NCBI GenBank assembly: GCA_045657985.1
Contig: JAZOUF010000029.1
Span: forward strand, 1-41,660
Direction of reading: 5' to 3'
Source: Candidatus Nanosyncoccus sp.
GTDB taxonomy: Bacteria > Patescibacteriota > Saccharimonadia > Saccharimonadales > Saccharimonadaceae
Length of the DNA stretch: 41,660 nt
Below are positions 27,155 through 35,537 of this stretch, piece by piece. A program made the translations under genes and the position numbers. Position 1 is the first letter of the stretch. Each line of letters starts with the position of its first letter. The notes under the pieces are model-generated. The model made no database searches. It worked only from the letters and a program-made list of their open reading frames with translations, and was not told the DNA's origin.

Positions 27155-28054
27155 TTAGTTGTATAGATTTTCTACGGCAATTGAAGGACCCATAGTAGTC
27201 GTAATAAATACTGACTTTACGTAGGTGCCTTTGAGCGATGCTGGTTTTTGTGCCTTCAAAGAATCGAAAAATGTATTGGCATTTTCCATCAACTTATCCG
27301 CGCCAAACGAAACTTTGCCAAGTCCGATATGTACAATAGATTGCTTGTCAACGCGATATTCAACTTTGCCCGCCTTAGATTCTTTCACGGCTTTTTCAAC
27401 ATCCATAGTGACGGTGCCGGCCTTCGGATTTGGCATCAAGCCCTTTGGACCGAGCAAACGCGCAAATTTACCGAGTTTCGGCATATACTGTGGGGTAGAA
27501 ATTAGCACATCAAAGTTAATTTCGCCTTTATCAAGTTGTTTCAAAAACTCCTCGTCTTCAGCAATGTCAGCACCGGCTGCCTTAGCTGTCTTGCAAACAT
27601 CAAGTGGTGCAAAAACTGCTACGCGTACAGTCTTGCCATTGCCATTAGGAAGCACAATTGTAGTGCGAATGTTTTGATCAGCTTGACGTGGGTCTACCCC
27701 AAGGCGAACATGAGCTTCGATTGAAGCATCAAACTTCACTGGGCTAGTTTTAAGAGCGAGTTCAATGGTATCCTTTAGGCTATAGATTTTATCTTTCTCA
27801 ATTAACTTGTGAGCTTCTTGATACTTTTTGCCACGACGTTCTAGCTTAGGACGTGTTACTGGTTTCTCACCTTTCGGTTTCTCAACCAATTCTTCCGCAG
27901 CGCGTTCAGCTTTACGTGCCTGACGCTCTTCCTCAGCTTTTACTTCTTCTATGTGTTTTTTAGACTTTTTACCAGACTTCGCAAAAGTCTCAGTCTCAAC
28001 AGTTTCTTCTACCGTTTCAACCATTTCAGTATTCTTGACCTTTTCTTTGGCCAT
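27155..28054 (-). CDS. rplA: 50S ribosomal protein uL1 with charged N-terminal extension
   Basis: KFDASIE, LGVDPR, LGPKGLMPNPKAGT, TTMGP. Confidence 0.97.
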   Translation of the reverse strand: MAKEKVKNTEMVETVEETVETETFAKSGKKSKKHIEEVKAEEERQARKAERAAEELVEKPKGEKPVTRPKLERRGKKYQEAHKLIEKDKIYSLKDTIELALKTSPVKFDASIEAHVRLGVDPRQADQNIRTTIVLPNGNGKTVRVAVFAPLDVCKTAKAAGADIAEDEEFLKQLDKGEINFDVLISTPQYMPKLGKFARLLGPKGLMPNPKAGTVTMDVEKAVKESKAGKVEYRVDKQSIVHIGLGKVSFGADKLMENANTFFDSLKAQKPASLKGTYVKSVFITTTMGPSIAVENLYN

Positions 28055-28065
28055 AATTTCCTTTC

Positions 28066-28095
28066 TGTGGTATTATCGAGCAACGCTCTCCCACA
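28066..28095 (-). promoter_or_regulatory. L1-binding autoregulatory site before rplA
   Basis: TGTGGGAG-AGC GTT GCT-CGATAATA-CCACA directly before the GAAAGGA RBS; resembles the GUGGGAG...ACCAC rplA leaders of Firmicutes. Confidence 0.7.
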
Positions 28096-28134
28096 TATTA
28101 TATTAACTACGATTAATTATATCAATAAAACATC

Positions 28135-28163
28135 AAAAAAGCAAGCTCCCCCGTGCCTGCTTT
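28135..28163 (-). terminator. Intrinsic terminator after rplK
   Basis: AAAGCAGGC-loop-GCTTGCTTTTTT. Confidence 0.65.
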
Positions 28164-28168
28164 GATGC

Positions 28169-28594
28169 TTATTCTACGGTCACGCCCATGGAACGAGCTG
28201 TGCCAGCCACAATCTTCACTGCAGCTTCCAAATCGTTCGCATTGAGTTGTTCCATTTTCTTCTGAGCGATTTCTTCGAGTTGGGCCTTGGTAATTTTGCC
28301 GACCTTATCTACGTTTGGTTTACCAGAACCTTTTTCGATCTTAATCGCCTCACGAATCAAATCATCCACTGGCTGCCCAAGACAAGTCCAGTCAAAAGTA
28401 CGATCTTCAAACACACGAATGTGCACAATCACATTCTTGCCCATGAACTCTTTAGTCTTTTCATTAAATGGATTAATAAAATCCATCATATTAAGCCCCC
28501 ACTGACCAAGCGTCGAACCAACTGGAGGGCCAGCTGTTGCTTTACCACCAGGAATACGTAATTTCAAATTACCGATAACTTTCTTTTCTGCCAT
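28169..28594 (-). CDS. rplK: 50S ribosomal protein uL11
   Basis: GKATAGPPVG, GSGKPN, GTARSMG. Confidence 0.97.
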   Translation of the reverse strand: MAEKKVIGNLKLRIPGGKATAGPPVGSTLGQWGLNMMDFINPFNEKTKEFMGKNVIVHIRVFEDRTFDWTCLGQPVDDLIREAIKIEKGSGKPNVDKVGKITKAQLEEIAQKKMEQLNANDLEAAVKIVAGTARSMGVTVE

Positions 28595-28648
28595 CGTAAA
28601 ACCTTTTATTAAATTTTATAATTTAGAAGCATTTATGTAACACAACTC

Positions 28649-28677
28649 ATTATACTAAAAAAGTTAAAAGAAGTCAA
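28649..28677 (-). promoter_or_regulatory. Sigma70 promoter of rplK
   Basis: TTGACT-N17-TATAAT. Confidence 0.8.
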
Positions 28678-28748
28678 GAAAAACCCTCCGAGGACCATAG
28701 GCCCGGCCGAACGGCCTTGAGTGTGTCCGAGGAGGGTATTCTTGACTT
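28671..28748. repeat. Long GC-rich interrupted inverted repeat between nusG and rplK
   Basis: AAGTCAAGAA/TTCTTGACTT, ACCCTCC/GGAGGGT, GGAC/GTCC, and apical GGCC-GAAC-GGCC. Confidence 0.75.
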
Positions 28749-29294
28749 CTAAAGCTGTTTTACCTGTAAAGCATCAAGTTCAACTGGCGTTTCACGCCCA
28801 AACATTGATACCATCACCTTGAGCTTGCCTTTAGCCGCGTCAATTTCTGACACACTACCATCAAAGCCCTTGAACGGCCCATCAGTAATTGAAACTACTT
28901 CACCGATTTCATACTTCACTGAGAACTTTGGATCTTCTACACCCATACGTTTCTTAATTTTTGCAATTTCCTTTTCAGAAACTGGCGTTGGCTGTGTTCC
29001 AGTGCCGATAAAACCGGTTACACCAGGAGTATTACGAATGATATACCAAGTTTCGTCAGATAGCTTCATGTCAACAAGCACGTATCCTTGCAGGATTTTT
29101 CGATCTACAACTTTACGCTTGCCATTCTTAATTTCAATTTGCTTTTCTTTCGGTACAATGGCTTCGAAAATTTTATCTGCCATTTCTACAGTGTTAGTTC
29201 TCTGGTTGATCGAATCAGCCACCTTATCCTCATAACCACTATAAGTTGAAATCGCGTACCACGAACGTGTTGCGTCATAACGGTTTACTGCCAT
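28749..29294 (-). CDS. nusG: Transcription termination/antitermination factor NusG
   Basis: WY...YSGYE, GYVLV, TPGVTGF, KOW DGPFKGF, FGRETPVEL. Confidence 0.97.
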   Translation of the reverse strand: MAVNRYDATRSWYAISTYSGYEDKVADSINQRTNTVEMADKIFEAIVPKEKQIEIKNGKRKVVDRKILQGYVLVDMKLSDETWYIIRNTPGVTGFIGTGTQPTPVSEKEIAKIKKRMGVEDPKFSVKYEIGEVVSITDGPFKGFDGSVSEIDAAKGKLKVMVSMFGRETPVELDALQVKQL

Positions 29295-29312
29295 ATATTT
29301 CCTTTCCTTTCT

Positions 29313-29705
29313 TTATCCTAAAATTAACCCAAACAACCACTTGAAGAACAAATCAAGCAGCGAAATAATAATCACAAACAATGCAGTATAAGCAAGTACG
29401 GCCACTACCATCTTCCAAGTATCTTTGCGGCTCGGCCATCTTACCTGTCTAATCTCTCGCCAAGCGTCGCGTAAATATCTAAACAGTGCAACAAACGGTC
29501 TAAAAAGTATAAAAACCTTTTTGTTCTCCGCCGCACGTGCCTGCTTCTTGGCTAACTTTTCGGCTTTACGAACTTCTTTTCGCTTCACCGCTGCTTGCTT
29601 TTTGTCGTCAACGACCACTTTCTTTCGTGTAATTGGTGACTGTTCCTCTTCAACTTTGACAGAAGATTCGCTAGCCTTAATTCGCGTGACTTTTGGTTTC
29701 GCCAT
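29313..29705 (-). CDS. secE: Preprotein translocase SecE
   Basis: EIRQVRWPSR plus single C-terminal TM; upstream of nusG. Confidence 0.92.
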   Translation of the reverse strand: MAKPKVTRIKASESSVKVEEEQSPITRKKVVVDDKKQAAVKRKEVRKAEKLAKKQARAAENKKVFILFRPFVALFRYLRDAWREIRQVRWPSRKDTWKMVVAVLAYTALFVIIISLLDLFFKWLFGLILG

Positions 29706-29721
29706 ATTACTCCTTTACATC

Positions 29722-29743
29722 AAAAAAGTCTGATACCAGACTT
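29722..29743 (-). terminator. Possible intrinsic terminator after the glucan phosphorylase
   Basis: AAGTCTG-GTAT-CAGACTT plus TTTT. Confidence 0.55.
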
Positions 29744-29755
29744 GTCAATAGTTTA

Positions 29756-31504
29756 TCACGCTGGGAACAAATAGTCAAGATAATCCTTCATCATTCTGGC
29801 ACCAGAAATCACGGGTAAATATGCCGCAAGTTGTTTTTTAATTAAATATTCCAAATCAAAATCATTTTTCCATGCATTAACCGCCTCTTCCATCCGAGCA
29901 TATAATGCATTAACTTCTTCGTCCTCATTAGCCCCATTCACATTGAGATAGCTTTCCGCCGAAGCATCCGCCACGCCGCCATCATGTGTAGAAATCAAAA
30001 GATCCATATTCGCCACATCTTTCATCCAAGAAGTTCCACACGCTTCTAGGCCGACAATTGGCACATTGATGGAAGCATTCGCACCGCAAGACAGTCCATA
30101 CGCCAAACGCTCATCATAATCCGCAATATAATGCACATGCGCTCTCAAAAATTCATCCGAGCCTACCCGTGCAAGCAGATCACTCAACTTTCCCGCCATC
30201 ACCATGTCACCAGTATGCACACGACCTGCAATAATGTAATGTGCATTATTTGGCTCCAGAATCGATTTTAGTTTTTCAAGGTTACTAAATGGTAACTCTG
30301 GTCGTTTATAATCTACAAATCTTCGTTTAAAATCAAAGATAAAATCATCTTCTCCAAAATGTAATATACTACCATTTTGATCCGGCCGCCCTACTAAAAT
30401 GTCATTTAATATATTACGTCCAATAGCCTTAAATTCGCGAATCTTATCGGCCGTCAAACTCTCCAAATTTTCTACATAATCCGCACTCGGCATTCCAACT
30501 TCATCGGTTATTGCGTTTTCACGATAATATTCTAAAATCTCAGGCATTACCCATTTCTGCAAATCGATACCGTTAGTTACAGCACGAAACTTAACTTTAT
30601 TTCCCGCAATATCGCGATAATTCGCCACTCTCGCATGGAGTTTTGAAACGCCACTACGAAGTTCGGCAATTTCAATCGTTACCGAAGACAATTTCATCCG
30701 TCCATTTACAAACTTATCGCTCAACCATTTACGCACTGCCGGCGACTTCACATTTGGATATACGAACCTCTCAAATTGCTCCGCCGAAAACTCCGCCTCG
30801 GCCGCTTGCACCAAAGTGTGATTCGTATAGAGCGTGTGTTTCCGCGTGTAGACTACCGCCTCATAGAAATCCATTCCATTCGAAGCAAGCTCATCCAACC
30901 TTGCTAACGCCGCAAAGAAAGTCGCTACTTCATTAAGTTGCATGATTGCCGGCTTTAGCCCGAGTAGCTTCAGCGCTGCATAACCACCAAACCCAAGCGA
31001 AACTTCTTGATATAAACGATGGTCCGACCCACTCATGCCAGAATACAGCTCACCAAAATTCGGTTCTGTAATACAAATGATGCGTGTATTCCGGAATCTT
31101 TTTCCCACGACATCTAATTTACACAAATTACCACAGCACTTTACGTTCACTGTATCAATAAAACGAAAACCATACTTATGATAATCGACTTTGATGTGCT
31201 CATCATAAACTTGCCCGTCACGCATAAATTGTTTCGTCTCGCTAGGATAAAATGGAGTGATTAATGCTAGCGGTACCCCCATTTGCTCTGCTACCCGACG
31301 TGTATCAGCCGCAAGCACACCAAGACCACCACCACCACGAATGCCATTATCTTGATCATAAAGTTCCAAAGTCCAGTAGGTATATGGACGCTCTGGAGAC
31401 AAAGCCTTTGTTAGTCGCGTGCGTTCCACCGCCGACTCGAATTCATCAATGTCTTCTATATTCTCTAAAGGATGATAATAATATTGCCCATCTTCGTCCA
31501 TCAT
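29756..31504 (-). CDS. glgP: Alpha-glucan (glycogen/maltodextrin) phosphorylase, compact GT35 form
   Basis: GGLGVLAAD, RLYQE, LNE, TNHT, GVSKLH, TNGI, RRF..YKR, EACGTSWMK (PLP Lys). Confidence 0.88.
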   Translation of the reverse strand: MMDEDGQYYYHPLENIEDIDEFESAVERTRLTKALSPERPYTYWTLELYDQDNGIRGGGGLGVLAADTRRVAEQMGVPLALITPFYPSETKQFMRDGQVYDEHIKVDYHKYGFRFIDTVNVKCCGNLCKLDVVGKRFRNTRIICITEPNFGELYSGMSGSDHRLYQEVSLGFGGYAALKLLGLKPAIMQLNEVATFFAALARLDELASNGMDFYEAVVYTRKHTLYTNHTLVQAAEAEFSAEQFERFVYPNVKSPAVRKWLSDKFVNGRMKLSSVTIEIAELRSGVSKLHARVANYRDIAGNKVKFRAVTNGIDLQKWVMPEILEYYRENAITDEVGMPSADYVENLESLTADKIREFKAIGRNILNDILVGRPDQNGSILHFGEDDFIFDFKRRFVDYKRPELPFSNLEKLKSILEPNNAHYIIAGRVHTGDMVMAGKLSDLLARVGSDEFLRAHVHYIADYDERLAYGLSCGANASINVPIVGLEACGTSWMKDVANMDLLISTHDGGVADASAESYLNVNGANEDEEVNALYARMEEAVNAWKNDFDLEYLIKKQLAAYLPVISGARMMKDYLDYLFPA

Positions 31505-31522
31505 AGTTATGATTATAACACA

Positions 31523-32482
31523 CTAATACCAAAACTCGCGTGGTAATTTATCGGCAATTTTTTTGTGGAAATCATAATCAAAATCGTCCATTCGCTCTAA
31601 ATCTTTACGACCTCTAACGTATTTTTTGCGCACTTCTTCTGCTTTAATTATCTCTCCGGGAATCAACTGATATTTTTTACGAAAATTAAGCCCACGCTTG
31701 TAACCTTTTGGTGGCAACACGGCAAGTGGCAAAAAATCGCATTTCATTTCAGAATCTTTGTATAACTCTAAAGCTAACACCGACATAGTTGGAATAATCG
31801 ATTCTTTCTTATCATAAACTTCGCGCGAAGCGAACACCGTCGCCTGACGAGTCGCTGACGGTGCCACAAAAATCACGCCACCTTCTTTCACCGTATCATG
31901 GGAAAGTCGCGTATAAAGATTCCGAAATTCACGCTTTAACCTTGAACCAGTCTCAAACGCCGCCGTTCCTTTACGAAGATTCATCTTCGCCCAAGTTGAC
32001 GGAGTAATCGTCGGAGTGATAATGATGCCAAGCTGCCTGATTCGATCATAATCAGTAGCTAGCGCTTCGTACCACGGTAAGTTTACCGGAAAAAGCATCG
32101 GTTTATCCCCCATCACGTCCATTTTCATCATCAAAATACGCGCAATTTCTCCGAGTGATGGATGGTTAAAACCAATTACTAAACCATTTTCCATGTCATG
32201 CGGTATCCCATCATAGGATCCGGGTGTCAATTTCGCAAGTTTTTTGACTAATTTCTTACGCGCCCGTGAAGTATGTTCCGCCGAAGCACCTTTTGGCCCA
32301 GTCGTTCCAAGCACGTAGTTTATCGCCAGATTACAAATCTTTCCCACCGGCACCATTTCACGTCGCATTCCATCAGCGCCAAGTGTTTTAAGTAGAGAAT
32401 ACCCTTCGTGCTGAATTTTATCAATCACTTCCTCAGCAGACATTTTTTCAAGCTGATTCAGATCGAAAACTTTTTTACCCAT
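31523..32482 (-). CDS. Divergent glycerolipid acyltransferase-like (PlsC superfamily) protein
   Basis: FNHPSLGE resembles block I NHxSxxD; IFVAPSATR resembles block III FPEGTR. Confidence 0.5.
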   Translation of the reverse strand: MGKKVFDLNQLEKMSAEEVIDKIQHEGYSLLKTLGADGMRREMVPVGKICNLAINYVLGTTGPKGASAEHTSRARKKLVKKLAKLTPGSYDGIPHDMENGLVIGFNHPSLGEIARILMMKMDVMGDKPMLFPVNLPWYEALATDYDRIRQLGIIITPTITPSTWAKMNLRKGTAAFETGSRLKREFRNLYTRLSHDTVKEGGVIFVAPSATRQATVFASREVYDKKESIIPTMSVLALELYKDSEMKCDFLPLAVLPPKGYKRGLNFRKKYQLIPGEIIKAEEVRKKYVRGRKDLERMDDFDYDFHKKIADKLPREFWY

Positions 32483-32501
32483 ACTACATATTATAGCATA
32501 A

Positions 32502-32534
32502 GAAAATCCCCCGACATAATATCGGGGGAGGATT
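32502..32534 (-). terminator. Intrinsic terminator after hppA
   Basis: CCCCCGA...TCGGGGG stem followed by ATTTTCTT on the minus strand. Confidence 0.65.
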
Positions 32535-32541
32535 TAGGAGT

Positions 32542-34770
32542 TTAGAACAAACGATAGGTATAAAATAGCATCGACATAGAATTCGCCACAGTCGTTGCGC
32601 TCTTCATTGAAATATCGCAACACACGCCAATAACATCTTTCTCAGTGTCACCTACGGTATCATTTGCCACTGCGGCTTTGTGCGCTTCTGAGCCTTTGGC
32701 GCAACCAGGAACCATGCCCATCTCAATTGCTTTTTTGCTGTTGTCACGCGACCCGCCAGCATTTCCGTTAAAGATAGCTTCGCCAATCGCCGTGAACGCC
32801 ATACCACCCAGGAAACCTAAAACAATGTCCGGCCCAAACGGAAAACCTAACACGATAGGCGATAAGAGCGACAATAGCGACGGAACCAGCATAAATTTCA
32901 GTGCATTGTCGGCTGCAATTTCAATGGCTTTGTTGTAGTCTGGTTTCACGGTTCCCTCCATAACACCAGGAATTGCGAGCTGACGTTCGGCTTCGATTGC
33001 CATTTTCTTAGAAGCCACCATCGTATTCTTGCCAAGCATACCACAGAAATATTTCAGTACGGCCATACCGAGGATACCACCGACCAAAATACTCGTAATC
33101 ACGAGTGGGTCATTGTAATCCGTAGCCGGATAACTACCTTTGTAAGACATAATTAGTGCCACCACGGCAAACGCAGCGGATCCAATTGCGTTACCTTTAC
33201 CAACTGCCGCTGTAGTGTTTCCAGTAGCATCAAGTTGATCGGTAATTACACGGACGTTTTCATCAAGACCACAACTTTCTGCAATACCACCAGCATTGTC
33301 GGCTATTGGCCCAAAAGCATCTATTGACACTGTTGTTCCCACAAACGATAACATTCCAACTGCTGCAATCGCCACACCATAAACGCCACAAATAATGCAA
33401 GAGATCATCATGGATAAGCCAATTACAGTTGCTGGTGCCAAAACAGATTTATTACCATTTGCCGTTCCCATAGTAACCATATATGATACGCCTTCGGGTG
33501 CCATTTCAGCCAGTTCCATTACTGGGCGGTATTTGGTGCTGGTATAATATTCGGTAATCATACCAACTGCCACCGAACTGATAATGCCAAGTCCAGCCGC
33601 CAACCAAGGCGAAAGCCATCCGTAACGGAAATCGGCGATATCACCCACGTCACCAAACACGGCATGTGCTGCATAAAGACCAATTACTGCCACGGAGAAT
33701 GCCGACAACCAAGTTGCCAGGTTTAATTCCGCCGCTGGGTCTTCCACGTCGAGCGAATACTCAACCTGTACCATATAATGTCCGCTCTCATCCACGCGAG
33801 ATTTGATATTTTCGGCACCTTTCTCGTTGCGATACCTATCGTATTCGATATCGTCCATCATCACCCATTTATAACGTTTACGATTCTTTAATATAATAAA
33901 CATTACCCCGACAAGAGTGCTCAGCAATCCGCCCGCAATCAAAATGAACGGGAAAATACATGCAGCAAATAAAACATGCTTATTATCGCCATATGATTGC
34001 ATTGCTATCAGGATGCAGGCCGTAGGTGTCGCCATCAAACTTTCCAACAGGTCAGATACGTTACCAGCAATATCGTTCACGCAATCACCAATTAAATCGG
34101 CAATCGAGCAGACGTTTCGCGGGTCATCTTCTTCCAGGTTGTGATTATTCTTGCCAACATTGTCTGCTGCAATGTCTGCTGATTTTGTGTAGTTGCCACC
34201 AGCTACACGATTGAACATTGCTACCACTGAACAACCCAACGAATAAGACATTAACCGCATGGTTACCGGGTTGCAAGGAATACGCCCAATGATGCTACGA
34301 CCAACCAAATGCGCATCGGCACCACCAGATATCAACCAGACGATTAGATATCCGAATAATCCGAATGCTGGTACCGCAAAACCACTTATACTACCACCCA
34401 TTAATGCGATACGAGTCGTTCGACTCATAGCACCAGTAACTCTGGCGGCATTAGCTGTCCTTACGTTACCGTACGTGCCACCACGCATGCCAATTTCTAC
34501 CGCTAATGCACTCATCAAAGCCCCTAATATAAAACAAGGGCCAGCATAAGCTTCGCGAAATAGCGAGTAAAATGCCGCCACGATCAACACGACAGGCAAG
34601 ATAACTCGATATTCCCTCCTCAAAAAAGTCTTTGCTCCAGACCGGATTATTGCGGCACGTTCCACCATCAAAGCATCTCCTTCGTCATGCCTTTTCAAGT
34701 TGACGAAATTGTAGCCGATTAGAAAAAACGCACAAATAATCACTGTGAATGATAATGTGTAGACAACCAT
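32542..34770 (-). CDS. hppA: Membrane-bound H+/Na+-translocating pyrophosphatase (divergent)
   Basis: GGNYTKSAD, EDDPRN, IAD..GD, TEYYTS, DAFGPIADNAGGIAE, LDATGNTTAA, DTVGD..KD. Confidence 0.92.
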   Translation of the reverse strand: MVVYTLSFTVIICAFFLIGYNFVNLKRHDEGDALMVERAAIIRSGAKTFLRREYRVILPVVLIVAAFYSLFREAYAGPCFILGALMSALAVEIGMRGGTYGNVRTANAARVTGAMSRTTRIALMGGSISGFAVPAFGLFGYLIVWLISGGADAHLVGRSIIGRIPCNPVTMRLMSYSLGCSVVAMFNRVAGGNYTKSADIAADNVGKNNHNLEEDDPRNVCSIADLIGDCVNDIAGNVSDLLESLMATPTACILIAMQSYGDNKHVLFAACIFPFILIAGGLLSTLVGVMFIILKNRKRYKWVMMDDIEYDRYRNEKGAENIKSRVDESGHYMVQVEYSLDVEDPAAELNLATWLSAFSVAVIGLYAAHAVFGDVGDIADFRYGWLSPWLAAGLGIISSVAVGMITEYYTSTKYRPVMELAEMAPEGVSYMVTMGTANGNKSVLAPATVIGLSMMISCIICGVYGVAIAAVGMLSFVGTTVSIDAFGPIADNAGGIAESCGLDENVRVITDQLDATGNTTAAVGKGNAIGSAAFAVVALIMSYKGSYPATDYNDPLVITSILVGGILGMAVLKYFCGMLGKNTMVASKKMAIEAERQLAIPGVMEGTVKPDYNKAIEIAADNALKFMLVPSLLSLLSPIVLGFPFGPDIVLGFLGGMAFTAIGEAIFNGNAGGSRDNSKKAIEMGMVPGCAKGSEAHKAAVANDTVGDTEKDVIGVCCDISMKSATTVANSMSMLFYTYRLF

Positions 34771-34867
34771 TACTAGTCCTCCTAAATATTAAAGTACATA
34801 ACAGGTGAAACTGTTAAGCCTACACTATTATATCAGATAACTTAATTTTTGAAAGCACTAGCAAAAA

Positions 34868-35467
34868 TTATTCAGATGCTTCTGCCTGCAATTTCGCCTC
34901 TTCTTCCCTAACTAACCCACGATATTCCGTTTCCTTATCTATGTCACCAATTCCAGCATACAACTCTGCATAAGTCGTATAATACTGAACTAACTGTTTA
35001 CCATATATATTATCTATATTTATGCTCTCGAGCATCTTCAATGATTCATCATAGTCACTAATGGCATTATAGTATACCGCAAGCGCAATCTTGGAATTAT
35101 TCCTATCCACTTCGGTTGATTTTGGCGAATCAATAATTCTCTTCTCAAACTCGACATAGGCCTTCCCAGAATTATCTTTGCTTGGATCACTGCCGAACAA
35201 TGGCCTTTCGCCAGTTTCGGGATCGATTTCAATGGAATATTCTTCCGAAACAGGTTTTTCATCATCCAGAGAATCGCTATCATGTGAAGTATTACTATTC
35301 ATAACGATAGCCGCAACTACGATCAAAACAATAGTTGCTATAGAAACAGCAGCTAGAGTCAGCACCTTCGGACGAGAAAATTTTTGCCAAAAAACACGTG
35401 AATCTTTCTTACGTTTCTTAAGCATAATCTCAGTATTCTTTTGTTTGGATAAATTATCTTGCTGCAT
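34868..35467 (-). CDS. Single-pass membrane protein with helical (TPR-like) C-terminus, paralog A
   Basis: Basic N-terminus, one TM, GAGGAG RBS before ATG 35467; paralogous to 40808-41443. Confidence 0.8.
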   Translation of the reverse strand: MQQDNLSKQKNTEIMLKKRKKDSRVFWQKFSRPKVLTLAAVSIATIVLIVVAAIVMNSNTSHDSDSLDDEKPVSEEYSIEIDPETGERPLFGSDPSKDNSGKAYVEFEKRIIDSPKSTEVDRNNSKIALAVYYNAISDYDESLKMLESINIDNIYGKQLVQYYTTYAELYAGIGDIDKETEYRGLVREEEAKLQAEASE

Positions 35468-35537
35468 CAAAACTCCTCACAAATATTTTACCATAAAAAT
35501 TAAAGAATAATAAAAATCTTATGTTATAATCAAAAAC

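Noticed and set aside
33740-33890. Insertion in hppA as another element copy
   Set aside because: No terminal motifs or long helix are visible.
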